Assembly (NCBI GenBank): GCA_043804895.1
Contig: JAZDIN010000024.1
Location: forward strand, 1,888 to 65,887
Direction of reading: 5' to 3'
DNA: 64,000 nucleotides
Source of the DNA: Candidatus Altiarchaeota archaeon
GTDB lineage: Archaea > Altiarchaeota > Altiarchaeia > IMC4 > SCGC-AAA252-I15
In this document: positions 53,805-62,792 of the stretch, in pieces
Layout of the letters: every line of letters starts with the position of its first letter
How positions within the stretch are numbered: the first letter of the stretch is position 1
Notes under the pieces: generated by a model
Told to the model about the DNA's origin: nothing
Database searches by the model: none
The model's input: the letters and a program-made list of their open reading frames with translations, nothing else
Position numbers and translations under genes: made by a program

Positions 53805-54746
53805 ATGAAGGATGAGAAACTTCTCATGGAGATTAAACCACACTACCTCGCATTCTACGACATGTACCTCATCTGGGCGTGGATTATAATACTCAGCCTC
53901 GTGTTCATCACATTCGGCGAGGAACTGAGCCAGTTCCTAGGCAACCCGATGCTGTTCGTGACAGAACAATTCGAATCCAGGACATCAGTAAGCGACGGTA
54001 ATCTGCTGAAGAACATACCCCTATTCTCAAACACCATGGGGTGGACGAACGAGTTCATAGTCCCAATCAACGACTTCATGCGCTCATACACCCCGGTAGG
54101 CCTTTGGATTAGCGTGATATTCGCGAGCGCTATGGCGATCTCGGTGTTGAAGATAGAGTGGAAATGGATCGGCCTGATGGTCGGAGTCGGCGTTGTGAGC
54201 ATGCTCCTTGCATTGTACCTTGAGTTTCCTGCTGAAGCCTCATACTACTTTGGGATAGCGTTCTCCATCCTCGGGATATCTGGAGTCCAGATGTACAGGG
54301 ACTGCCACAGGTTCTATATAACAGACAGGAGAATCGTGACTGAGGTGCGCTTCACAGCCTACAAACGCAACGAACTGAGCTACGACAAGATAAACAACCT
54401 CATCCTCGAACAGGGGATACTAGGCCGCATGTTCGACTTCGGGACGATAATACCAGTCACAGCCTCAGGCCTTGGGATGGGAAGCGACTTCTCAGCAGTC
54501 ACCCTCGGTGCCGCAGGCCAAGTACAAGGCGGCCCCACAGTCGGCGTCGGAGTCACCGGCGGCAGGACCGTGCAAACCCCCAGGGTGAGGAGCATGTACG
54601 GATTATACGGAGTGCAAGAGCCTGAAAAAGTCCAGCGGCTCCTCTCAGAGCACATGCACGCGTATGTGGAGGCACCCTACCTTAGGAAGATGACTGAGCA
54701 GTTGGACGAACTTAAGGACAACATGAAAAGAAGTGATTCGGAATGA
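53805..54746 (+). CDS. Membrane protein with a bacterial-PH (bPH_2/YdbT-like) domain
   Basis: ATG 53805 (MKDEKLLMEIKPHY). FYITDRRIVTEVRFTAYKRNELSYDKINNLILEQGILGRMFDFGTI. The listed start 53706 would run over the sRNA candidate. Confidence 0.5.
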   Translation: MKDEKLLMEIKPHYLAFYDMYLIWAWIIILSLVFITFGEELSQFLGNPMLFVTEQFESRTSVSDGNLLKNIPLFSNTMGWTNEFIVPINDFMRSYTPVGLWISVIFASAMAISVLKIEWKWIGLMVGVGVVSMLLALYLEFPAEASYYFGIAFSILGISGVQMYRDCHRFYITDRRIVTEVRFTAYKRNELSYDKINNLILEQGILGRMFDFGTIIPVTASGLGMGSDFSAVTLGAAGQVQGGPTVGVGVTGGRTVQTPRVRSMYGLYGVQEPEKVQRLLSEHMHAYVEAPYLRKMTEQLDELKDNMKRSDSE

Positions 54747-54973
54747 AGGACTGGGGTGGTATACCCTATGGGGGTAGATTCAAGCTCGGGATACTCGGAG
54801 TATTTGTGTCGCTTTTCCTGATGGTCGTCGGAATCATCCCACCGTTCAACAGGATGCTAGTGCGTTTCCCGCTCGCATGGGTCTTGGCGTTCTTCATCCT
54901 AGTGCCCTCCCTCACAGTCTACTACGACGTGAAGGAAAAATTCTGGGCTGAAGTAGCGAAGAGGGCTAAATAA
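54743..54973 (+). CDS. Small two-TM membrane protein
   Basis: ATGA overlap with the upstream gene and two hydrophobic spans. Confidence 0.4.
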   Translation: MKDWGGIPYGGRFKLGILGVFVSLFLMVVGIIPPFNRMLVRFPLAWVLAFFILVPSLTVYYDVKEKFWAEVAKRAK

Positions 54974-56195
54974 TGTCTTTTGGCATCTTCTGTCTGATGT
55001 AGAGTTCGTGGATGCTCTGGCGTTCCCGTATGAGGTCAGCCCTCCCTTTGCGAACCAAAACCTCCGCTGGTAGTGGTTGGCTGTTGTAGTTTGAGGCCAT
55101 GCTGAAACCGTATGCTCCGGCGTTCTCTATTACCACGGTGTCATCCACCCTTACTTCCGGAAGATTCCTGTCCTTGCCAAGTACGTCCCCTGATTCGCAC
55201 AGGTGCCCTGCAACATCGTACGAGAACCCGCCGCCAGCCTTGCCGGCAACCCTGATGTTATGGTATGCGTCATACATCGCAGGCCTGATGAGGTCGTTGA
55301 ATCCTGCATCGACGTTTATGAACCTCTTCTGAGGGGTCTCCTTTAGGCTGTTCACTTTCGCAAGGAGGATGCCTGCTTCGCCGACTATGAAACGGCCTGG
55401 CTCAAACCAGACGTCGGGCTTGTAACCGAGCCTGCCAACGCCGTCAGCTACTATGTTCCCGTAAGCCTTCGCGAACTCGGGTAGGGTTATCACAGCCTCG
55501 TCCTTGTACCTTATTCCCAACCCTCCGCCGAAGTCTATGAACTCGAGCTGTATACCCAACTCACTTTTCAGCCTCACAGCGAAGTCTACCATCTTATGGG
55601 CGACCTCCGAAAAGGCGCTCGCATCCTTTATGTTGCTCCCTATATGACAGTGAATTCCTGAAACTTTCAAGCTAAGTTCAACAGCTTTCTTTACTGCCTT
55701 GAATGCTATATCCCCTTCGAAGTGCATGCCGAACTTGCTGCCCCTCAACGCTGTTGAAATCTTTTGGTGAGTGCTGGCGTTAACGTCCGGGTTCACTCGA
55801 AATGCTATCCTTGAGCCGCCCATCTTCTTGACCAACTCGACCTCGGATATGTTGTCTGCAGTGAGGTTAACCCCTGCTGCAAGAGTGGCTCTTACATCAG
55901 CCTCGCTCTTGCTGTTGCTGGTGTAGATGATGTCCTGCGGCTTGAACCCAGACTTCAATGCCGCGTCAAGCTCCCCAACTGAAACGACATCGGCTCCGTA
56001 TCCTTCTCCCTGTATTAGCTTCAACAAGGCAAGGTTCGTGTTAGCCTTAACTGCGTAACAGCACTTCACCCGGACAGGGAAACCTTCAAAGGCCTTCATA
56101 AACTGGCGGCACCTCTCCTGGATTAAATCGCCGTCGTAGACGTAAAGGGGGGTGCCGTATTTCCCAGCCAACTTGACCAGTATACTGTCATCCAT
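54966..56195 (-). CDS. lysA: Diaminopimelate decarboxylase
   Basis: MDDSILVKLAGKYGTPLYVYDG, CYAVKAN (pyridoxal-phosphate lysine), GGGLGIRY and CESGD. The listed GTG 56234 is probably over-extended. Confidence 0.9.
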   Translation of the reverse strand: MDDSILVKLAGKYGTPLYVYDGDLIQERCRQFMKAFEGFPVRVKCCYAVKANTNLALLKLIQGEGYGADVVSVGELDAALKSGFKPQDIIYTSNSKSEADVRATLAAGVNLTADNISEVELVKKMGGSRIAFRVNPDVNASTHQKISTALRGSKFGMHFEGDIAFKAVKKAVELSLKVSGIHCHIGSNIKDASAFSEVAHKMVDFAVRLKSELGIQLEFIDFGGGLGIRYKDEAVITLPEFAKAYGNIVADGVGRLGYKPDVWFEPGRFIVGEAGILLAKVNSLKETPQKRFINVDAGFNDLIRPAMYDAYHNIRVAGKAGGGFSYDVAGHLCESGDVLGKDRNLPEVRVDDTVVIENAGAYGFSMASNYNSQPLPAEVLVRKGRADLIRERQSIHELYIRQKMPKDII

Positions 56196-56230
56196 TGTGG
56201 AAAAATATGCTATTCGCATGTATAAAAACA

Positions 56231-56938
56231 TCACTTGTTGATCTTCTTCCTGGCGTGCCTGAATACGCCCATGAGGGTCTTAGCCTCCCTCCCGGAGATG
56301 AATGACCTGCCGACTATGTGTCGGAAGGTCCTTTTGGCAAGGTCCCTCTCGAAGAGGTGATCCTGAACTTCATCAACCAGTTCGTCGTAGAATTTTAGCA
56401 TGTAATCCTTCTCCACCTTGCTGAGGGAGCGGAATTTCTTACCGCCTGTCTTCTTCTTGTTAGACTCCCGACTCAACTCATATAGTATTATGCACGCAGA
56501 CTGGGCGAGGTTCAACGTCGGATACTCGTGGTGCGCTGGTATAGTCACAAGCATGTCGCAGCGTTCCAGCTCCTCGTTCAGGAGGCCGTAGTCTTCGCGG
56601 CCGAATACGATGCCTACCTTGCCTTTCGCGTCTAACGCCTTTGCGAGCTCTTCTGGGAACACTGGAGTCCTTAGGGTGTTCGCGTCTCCGCCGACTTTCG
56701 CTGTAGTTCCGACGAGGACGTCGAATTCTTCCACAACCTTTTCGAATGAGTCCACAATCCTCGCCTTCTCCATTATGTCGCGGGCGTGCATGCTGTTCTT
56801 ACGAGCCTCTGGCCCCATCTTCGGCGGGTTCACGAGGACGAGCTTCCTGAACCCGAAGTTCTTCATCACCCTGGCGACGCTGCCGATGTTGCCGTCGTAG
56901 CGGGGCTCCACCAGGATGACGTGGAATATGTCCTGCAT
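56231..56938 (-). CDS. SpoU/TrmJ-family RNA 2'-O-methyltransferase
   Basis: VILVEPRYDGNIGSVARVMKNFG plus C-terminal trefoil-knot-region motifs. Confidence 0.8.
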   Translation of the reverse strand: MQDIFHVILVEPRYDGNIGSVARVMKNFGFRKLVLVNPPKMGPEARKNSMHARDIMEKARIVDSFEKVVEEFDVLVGTTAKVGGDANTLRTPVFPEELAKALDAKGKVGIVFGREDYGLLNEELERCDMLVTIPAHHEYPTLNLAQSACIILYELSRESNKKKTGGKKFRSLSKVEKDYMLKFYDELVDEVQDHLFERDLAKRTFRHIVGRSFISGREAKTLMGVFRHARKKINK

Positions 56939-56971
56939 TGCCTTAATTATGGTTGAACCAATAATTAACCG

Positions 56972-58591
56972 ATGGCAGGCGAGGAGATAGGCGCACTCAC
57001 CGGGAGCGTGAAGCCTTCAGAGTTCGACCTGAAGCTCACTGACCGTAAGGTCGGGAAGGGCGCGTTCATAAAGGTCAAACACCCAGTGAATGGGTGGGTG
57101 CTGGCTAGGATAGACTCGATGAAGACGTACTTGGACGACTTCGACCAGGATGAAACCCAAGCGCACGCCCACGTCCTCGGATACTTCGAAGGCGGGCAGG
57201 TGCTGTATCCGAAGACTCCCCTGAATCCTTCAGAGAAGGTGCTTCCAGCAGACCGGAAGCTCATCAGCGACGTCCTAAGCCTGGGGCAGAAGAGGGAGGA
57301 CAGCATATACCTCGGATTCCTTGAAGCCAATGACCTGCCAGTGTACCTTGACATCAAAAAGACAATAGGCAAACACATGAGCGTCCTGGCAAAGACTGGG
57401 GCGGGTAAAAGCTACGCCGTCGCCGTGATACTAGAGGAGCTTTTGAAGAACAACATACCCATAGTCATCATAGACCCGCACAGCGAATACAGCAGCCTCT
57501 GCGTAGAAAACGACGACTACGACAACATGATAAAATACGAGGTCCAGGCGAGAAGCTACGCGGACCAGGTCATCGAATACAGCACAGACGCCACAGTGAA
57601 CCCGAACTCTAAGAGGTTCTTCCTGAGGGCCGGCTTCTCCATGGAGGAGCTCTTGGATCTTATGCCAATCACGCTCACAGAGAAGGAGAAGAGCATCCTG
57701 TACACGAAACTGCAGGAGACCATACACGACTTCAGCGAAGACTACACCCTCGCAGACCTGATGGAGAAGATTGAGGAGGAGTCGACGAAATACAAGTGGA
57801 AGGTCCTGGACGGCCTCTCAGAGCTTAAAAAAGCAGGGGTGTTCGATGGCCAGCCGACCCCCTACAGTGAGCTTGTGGCAGATGCGAGGTGCAGCATCAT
57901 CAACTTGAAGGGAACTGACCCGAGGATATCGCAGCTTGTGGTGGCAAGGCTCACGAAGGAACTCTTCCACTTGAGGACTGTCGGCAAGATACCGGAACTA
58001 TTCTACCTAGTGGAGGAGTCCCACAACTTCTGTCCTGAACGCGGATTCGGGGATGTGATGAGCTCCACAATAATTCGAACGGTCGCTACCGAAGGCCGCA
58101 AATTCGGCTTCCACCTGTGCGTCGTAAGCCAAAGGCCTGCGAGGATTGACAAGAACGTCCTTTCCCAGTGTACGACGCAGATAATACTGAAGGTCACCAA
58201 CCCCAACGACCTCAAAGCCATACGGCAGAGCATCGAAGGCTTCACAGCCGGGATGGAGGAGGAGATACAGCAGCTGAACGTCGGTCACGCGCTCATCGTC
58301 AGCGAAGCCCTGAAGCAGCCAATCACAGTCGACATCAGGACGAGGGAGACGAAACACGGCGCGAAACCGAAATACGACGAAACAGGCAGGGTGAAGCAGC
58401 CTCCGAAGCCGCCTCAACAGCAGGAGAGGAAACCGAAGAAGAAGCAACACAAATCAGCGGAGAAGGGCCGCAGCCTCTGGCAGGGGATAATCGGCCTCTT
58501 CATCGAACCAGAAGAGAAAGAAACAACTAAAGAAAAAAAGATGAAAGAGAAAATCCAAGGCCTATTCATACAACCGAAGGAAGAGGAGTGA
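56972..58591 (+). CDS. HerA-like (DUF87) P-loop ATPase with a Lys-rich repetitive C-terminal tail
   Basis: HAS-barrel-like N-terminus, VLAKTGAGKSYAV (Walker A), FYLVEESHNF (Walker B) and VVSQRP. The tail carries GLFIEPEEKE and GLFIQPKEEE. Confidence 0.7.
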   Translation: MAGEEIGALTGSVKPSEFDLKLTDRKVGKGAFIKVKHPVNGWVLARIDSMKTYLDDFDQDETQAHAHVLGYFEGGQVLYPKTPLNPSEKVLPADRKLISDVLSLGQKREDSIYLGFLEANDLPVYLDIKKTIGKHMSVLAKTGAGKSYAVAVILEELLKNNIPIVIIDPHSEYSSLCVENDDYDNMIKYEVQARSYADQVIEYSTDATVNPNSKRFFLRAGFSMEELLDLMPITLTEKEKSILYTKLQETIHDFSEDYTLADLMEKIEEESTKYKWKVLDGLSELKKAGVFDGQPTPYSELVADARCSIINLKGTDPRISQLVVARLTKELFHLRTVGKIPELFYLVEESHNFCPERGFGDVMSSTIIRTVATEGRKFGFHLCVVSQRPARIDKNVLSQCTTQIILKVTNPNDLKAIRQSIEGFTAGMEEEIQQLNVGHALIVSEALKQPITVDIRTRETKHGAKPKYDETGRVKQPPKPPQQQERKPKKKQHKSAEKGRSLWQGIIGLFIEPEEKETTKEKKMKEKIQGLFIQPKEEE

Positions 58592-58982
58592 ATCCTCCGT
58601 ACCTGCATCTTGTTATTCTCCCTTCCCGGAGCAGGTAATACACGGTCTTGAAGAGCATGTAGGTGGTGAAAAACAGGTGTATACTTATCCTCTCCGCTGG
58701 GTTAACAAGCCCATCAGATGACGTAACGAGTTTGTCATCCTCACGTCCATCATCAACGAACTTTACTACCCCAGCCTGTTTGACTTCGACTGAGGCGCCC
58801 TGTCTGAGCCGCGACCCTAACACTATCGAGTCCCTGGGCATTCCGTCCGCTCCTTCCGTGCCTTCCACAAAGCCGTAGTTGAAGAACGTGGGGAGAGGTG
58901 ATGTGAACTCCTTCACGAACCCGCCCTCCACTCTCCTGTATTTGACGAGACTCCACCTGGGCGTCTCCACCACAACCCTCAT
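58566..58982 (-). CDS. Short, divergent inorganic-pyrophosphatase-like protein (138 aa)
   Basis: MRVVVETPRWSLVKY, NYGFVEGTEGADGMPRDSIVLG and VKFVDDGREDDKLV resemble family I pyrophosphatase blocks. Only the distal 138 codons of the listed 339-aa ORF are plausible. Confidence 0.5.
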   Translation of the reverse strand: MRVVVETPRWSLVKYRRVEGGFVKEFTSPLPTFFNYGFVEGTEGADGMPRDSIVLGSRLRQGASVEVKQAGVVKFVDDGREDDKLVTSSDGLVNPAERISIHLFFTTYMLFKTVYYLLREGRITRCRYGGFTPLPSVV

Positions 58983-59124
58983 AAGCGATGAAACCGCCCT
59001 CCTCTGGGGGGGGCGGTAAATGTATGTATCTACTATTGCGGTTTCAAGCTTATCAAACCGGCGACTTTTGTCGCCGGTTACTGATAGATTGGATATTAAC
59101 CAGAGCAGCAAATTAATTGACGCC

Positions 59125-60786
59125 ATGGAATTCCAGAGGCTTGCGAGCGTCCTAACACGGTTGGAGGCCACCTCAGGCCGCCTGGAGATGACGGATATAG
59201 TGGCTGATTTTCTGAAGGAAGCGCCGGACAGTTCACTCTCCAACGTGCTACTCTTCCTTCGGGGCACGCCTTTCCCACCATGGAGCAACCTCGAACTCGG
59301 CATAGCAGACAAACTGATGGCCAAGACCCTCTCATCAGTGTCAGGTCTAACTGAGGAGAAAATCAACGACATGGTGAGGGAGAGGGGGGATATTGGTTTG
59401 GTGGCTGAGGTTATACTCGTCAAGAAGCAGCAGACAACACTTTTCTCCTCAAGGCTGACGGTGGAGAAGGTCGCGGAAAACCTCGGCAGGATGGTCTCGC
59501 TCACAGGAAAAGGCTCGCAGGAGCGGAAGTTCGCATACCTGAGCGAGTTAATGTCGAACGCCTCAGCAGAGGAGTCCAAGTACATAGTCCGCCTCGTACT
59601 CGGCCAGCTTCGGGTCGGAGTCGGCGATGGAGTAATACGGGATGCGATAGCGAAGGCATACGGCGTGGAGCCTGCTGCAGTTGAGAACGCCTACAACATG
59701 AGGCCTGACTGGGGGGAGGTGGCTTCGGAAGCTAAGAACAATGGCGACATAGGCTTGGCTGGGTACGGGATAGTCGTCGGCAGCCCTGTGAAGGTGATGC
59801 TCGCCCAGAAGGCCGCGGACTTGAAGGATGCTCTCTCTGAGGGTGAGATGCAGCTTGAGGTGAAGTACGACGGCGCCAGGGTGCAGATACACAAGAACGC
59901 CGATAAAGTAGAGCTTTACACCCGCAGACTAGAGAACGTCACCAAACAGTTCCCGGAAGTCGTGGAAGAGTCATTGAAGAACATCAACGCAGAGTCAGCT
60001 GTCGTGGAAGGGGAGATTGTCGCGATAAACCCGACAGATAGGAGGCCTCTGCCGTTCCAGAACCTGAGTAGGAGGATTAAGAGGAAATACGACATCGGGG
60101 AGGTGCTGGAGAAGATTCCTGTTGAGGTGAACCTATTCGATGTGATTTACCTAAATGGGAAGAGCAAGCTCAGTGAGAAATTCATAGAGAGGAGGAGAAT
60201 ACTCTCTGAGATTATCACTCCCTCAGAGCGTTTCCGCCTTGCCGAGAATCTGGTGACATCAAACCTTAAGGAGGCTGAGAAGTTCTACAAGAAGGCACTA
60301 TTGGCAGGTCATGAGGGTGTGATGGTGAAAAACCTTGAAGCGCCTTACCAGCCGGGAAGCAGGGTCGGGTACATGTACAAGGTGAAACCAGTCATGGAGT
60401 CGCTCGACCTTGTGGTCACAGGAGCAACGTGGGGTGAGGGTAGGAGAGCGAGTTGGCTTGGCAGCTACCTTCTGTCAGTGTACGACCCGGAGCGGGGGGA
60501 GTTCCTGGAGATTGGGAGGATGGCCACAGGCCTCACAGACGAGCAGTTGAACGAACTAACCGAACTCTTCAAACCTCTTATCGTCTCGCAAGATGGCCGT
60601 GAAGTCCAGATTAAACCCCAGTATGTGTTTGAGGTAGCCTACGAGGAGGTGCAGAAGAGCCCCACCTACGGTTCAGGCTACGCCTTGAGGTTTCCGCGCC
60701 TTGTGAGGGTGAGAGAAGATAAGGGAATAGAAGAAGCTGACACGATAGAGAGAGTGGAAGCGCTGAGTAGACATGGGAGAGGGTAG
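59125..60786 (+). CDS. lig: ATP-dependent DNA ligase
   Basis: MEFQRLASVLTRLEATSGRLEM start, adenylation motif EVKYDGARVQIH, and EGVMVK. Confidence 0.9.
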   Translation: MEFQRLASVLTRLEATSGRLEMTDIVADFLKEAPDSSLSNVLLFLRGTPFPPWSNLELGIADKLMAKTLSSVSGLTEEKINDMVRERGDIGLVAEVILVKKQQTTLFSSRLTVEKVAENLGRMVSLTGKGSQERKFAYLSELMSNASAEESKYIVRLVLGQLRVGVGDGVIRDAIAKAYGVEPAAVENAYNMRPDWGEVASEAKNNGDIGLAGYGIVVGSPVKVMLAQKAADLKDALSEGEMQLEVKYDGARVQIHKNADKVELYTRRLENVTKQFPEVVEESLKNINAESAVVEGEIVAINPTDRRPLPFQNLSRRIKRKYDIGEVLEKIPVEVNLFDVIYLNGKSKLSEKFIERRRILSEIITPSERFRLAENLVTSNLKEAEKFYKKALLAGHEGVMVKNLEAPYQPGSRVGYMYKVKPVMESLDLVVTGATWGEGRRASWLGSYLLSVYDPERGEFLEIGRMATGLTDEQLNELTELFKPLIVSQDGREVQIKPQYVFEVAYEEVQKSPTYGSGYALRFPRLVRVREDKGIEEADTIERVEALSRHGRG

Positions 60787-60834
60787 TTAACATTTGCTAT
60801 CAGGTATGGTGCTAGAATGAAGCAAAATCATGCC

Positions 60835-61758
60835 CTATATGTGGGAATTCAGAGCATATTCGACTAATGCTCCCCTGATCCCCCTCTTTTCCTTGGCGTT
60901 TCCTACAAGCGGATAGTGGCTGACCAACTTTTCAAAGAACTCCCTTTTGGCTAGGTCGTCATTAACCCTAAAACCATTGAGAAATTTGGAATTCAGATAG
61001 CTGTAATCTATAGAAAATGCAGAGAGTATCGAATTGGCGTTACCCCAGTCTGGACGCTCTACATAAGACTCAGTGAAGTCTATTAAGCCCACAGTATTGT
61101 TAGGGAATACTGTGATATTCCCCCCGTGGGGGTGTCCATGCTGTATGTGGCATCCGTTGAAGTCTAGAGAATGCATCCTGCCAATCATGTCAGCGACGTT
61201 CTTCAAAACTTTTTTGACGTCCAACTTCGTGAGTTCAGATGGACTTAGAGTGGAGATAGACGGCGCTTCTCTTTCGATTAGGTATAGGCTCGACATCCAC
61301 TTGTTGCGCAGGATTTCAGGGCACCCAGGGTACCGTCCTTTTTTGACTGCCTTGATAATGTCCTTAATGGTATCCTTCTGGCCCCTCAGGGACTCATCAC
61401 CCATGAACTCCCTCAACAAACCGTCGGCTACTGCCTTCTCTCCTAGGCGGTTCTTGTAGTTCACCACCTCGTTAATCACACCCCTCCATTTATCGTCATC
61501 AAGTCGCATCAATATCTTTTCTGCTCTAATCCCATTTTCATTGAGGAATTTGATTATCTCAACCTCCATATCTGACCTAGAGACTATGAAGTGTGAAGAA
61601 TTGCATCGAGTGGACAGTATGAGCTTGTGCCTTTCGGTATTTTCAACTGAGGATATTCCAGCGAATCCTAAAGTCTTAGGAAAGCCATCATTAACCAGAA
61701 CTGGCACAACTATCTCCGAATCGTTTTCTTTGCTTTTCTGTCGGTTCACGTTAAACAC
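60835..61758 (-). CDS. Protein-kinase/APH-fold-like protein with a degenerate catalytic loop
   Basis: HIQHGHPHGGNITVF ... VGLIDFTES resembles the HGDxHxxNI ... IDF Brenner/DFG region, but with His in place of the catalytic Asp. The gene is AT-rich. Confidence 0.35.
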   Translation of the reverse strand: MFNVNRQKSKENDSEIVVPVLVNDGFPKTLGFAGISSVENTERHKLILSTRCNSSHFIVSRSDMEVEIIKFLNENGIRAEKILMRLDDDKWRGVINEVVNYKNRLGEKAVADGLLREFMGDESLRGQKDTIKDIIKAVKKGRYPGCPEILRNKWMSSLYLIEREAPSISTLSPSELTKLDVKKVLKNVADMIGRMHSLDFNGCHIQHGHPHGGNITVFPNNTVGLIDFTESYVERPDWGNANSILSAFSIDYSYLNSKFLNGFRVNDDLAKREFFEKLVSHYPLVGNAKEKRGIRGALVEYALNSHI

Positions 61759-61789
61759 CGGGACTCTTAAGTTAAAATACGGTACTGTT

Positions 61790-62188
61790 TCAGCTTTTCC
61801 TTTGCATTCTCCTGTCTATCTCCTGTGCGATTTCCTCCATGTCTTCGAAGATGCGGTCCATGTCCCTTCTCATCTCAGCCATTGTGTTGTGTAGGTTCTC
61901 CTCCCTCAGCTCGTACCTTGTGCCGTGCCTGACTACAAGGCCTGATGAGATGAGTTTGTTTAGGTGGTTTACTACTGCGCCGCGGGATTTTCCTACTCGT
62001 TCTGAGATGTCGTCGCTTCTCATGCCTTCGCCGTTGTAGGTGCTTTCCAGGAGGCTTTTGAATATTGCTTGTGCGGTCCTGTCTTTGTCGATTTGTTCAC
62101 AGAGGCCTAGTGAGGAGCAGAACCATTCGAGGTCGTTTTCTAGGGTTTTTTCCTGTGATTTTTTCTTTTTGATTATGCGGATTCTCAT
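61790..62188 (-). CDS. Winged-helix (ArsR/Phr-like) transcriptional regulator
   Basis: DISERVGKSRGAVVNHLNKLISSGLVVRHGTRYEL. Divergent from the Hsp20 gene. Confidence 0.6.
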   Translation of the reverse strand: MRIRIIKKKKSQEKTLENDLEWFCSSLGLCEQIDKDRTAQAIFKSLLESTYNGEGMRSDDISERVGKSRGAVVNHLNKLISSGLVVRHGTRYELREENLHNTMAEMRRDMDRIFEDMEEIAQEIDRRMQRKS

Positions 62189-62217
62189 TTTGTGGTATAC
62201 TATTGGTTACTTGTCTA

Positions 62218-62280
62218 TTTTTATATAGATGTGTATTATAATATATCAACAAAATCAGTATAGTTTAAACAAAAGGAGGT
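62218..62280 (+). promoter_or_regulatory. TATA box and Shine-Dalgarno motif upstream of hsp20
   Basis: TTTTTATATA (62218..62227) and AAGGAGGT (62273..62280) precede ATG 62286. Confidence 0.4.
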
Positions 62281-62285
62281 AGGGT

Positions 62286-62792
62286 ATGTTCCCATTTGAC
62301 AAGAAAAAGAGACCATCGCTATTCGGCGACTTCGACTCATTCTTTGCCGAATTCGAGGACCAGGAAGGAGAGATGATGAATCATGCGCATGAGAACATGG
62401 TATTCTACGGCTACAGCTCATACACCGGCCCGGACGGTAAGACGACGGTGAGAGAGTACAGCAACATCCCAGGATTCAAAGGGATGCCAGCAGCACAGGA
62501 GGAGCAGAAATTGCTTGAAGGCTCATCCTGCGGGAGTGGGGGGATGGAGGTTGCGGAGCCATATTATGAGGTGGCGGAAGAGAAGGACCAGGTGAAGGTC
62601 GTTGCAGACATGCCAGGCGTTGATGAGAAGGAGATAAAGTTGAATCTGAAAGGCAGCTTGCTCACCATCAAAGCAGGAAACGAACACAGAAACTACAAAG
62701 CAGAGATTACACTGCCGGTAGAAGTGCGAAAGAAAGCTGAGAAGACCCTGTACAAGAACGGAGTCCTAGAGGCAGTCTACAGGAAAGCTTAG
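62286..62792 (+). CDS. hsp20: Small heat-shock protein (Hsp20/alpha-crystallin family)
   Basis: VKVVADMPGVDEKEIKLNLKGSLLTIKA ... AEITLPVEV ... YKNGVLEAV. Confidence 0.85.
   Translation: MFPFDKKKRPSLFGDFDSFFAEFEDQEGEMMNHAHENMVFYGYSSYTGPDGKTTVREYSNIPGFKGMPAAQEEQKLLEGSSCGSGGMEVAEPYYEVAEEKDQVKVVADMPGVDEKEIKLNLKGSLLTIKAGNEHRNYKAEITLPVEVRKKAEKTLYKNGVLEAVYRKA

Noticed and set aside
58983-59585. The upstream ~200 codons of the listed 339-aa minus ORF, overlapping the DNA ligase gene.
   Set aside because: Only the distal 138 codons (from ATG 58982) show pyrophosphatase-like blocks. The remainder is antisense to the ligase N-terminus and crosses the intergenic palindromes.
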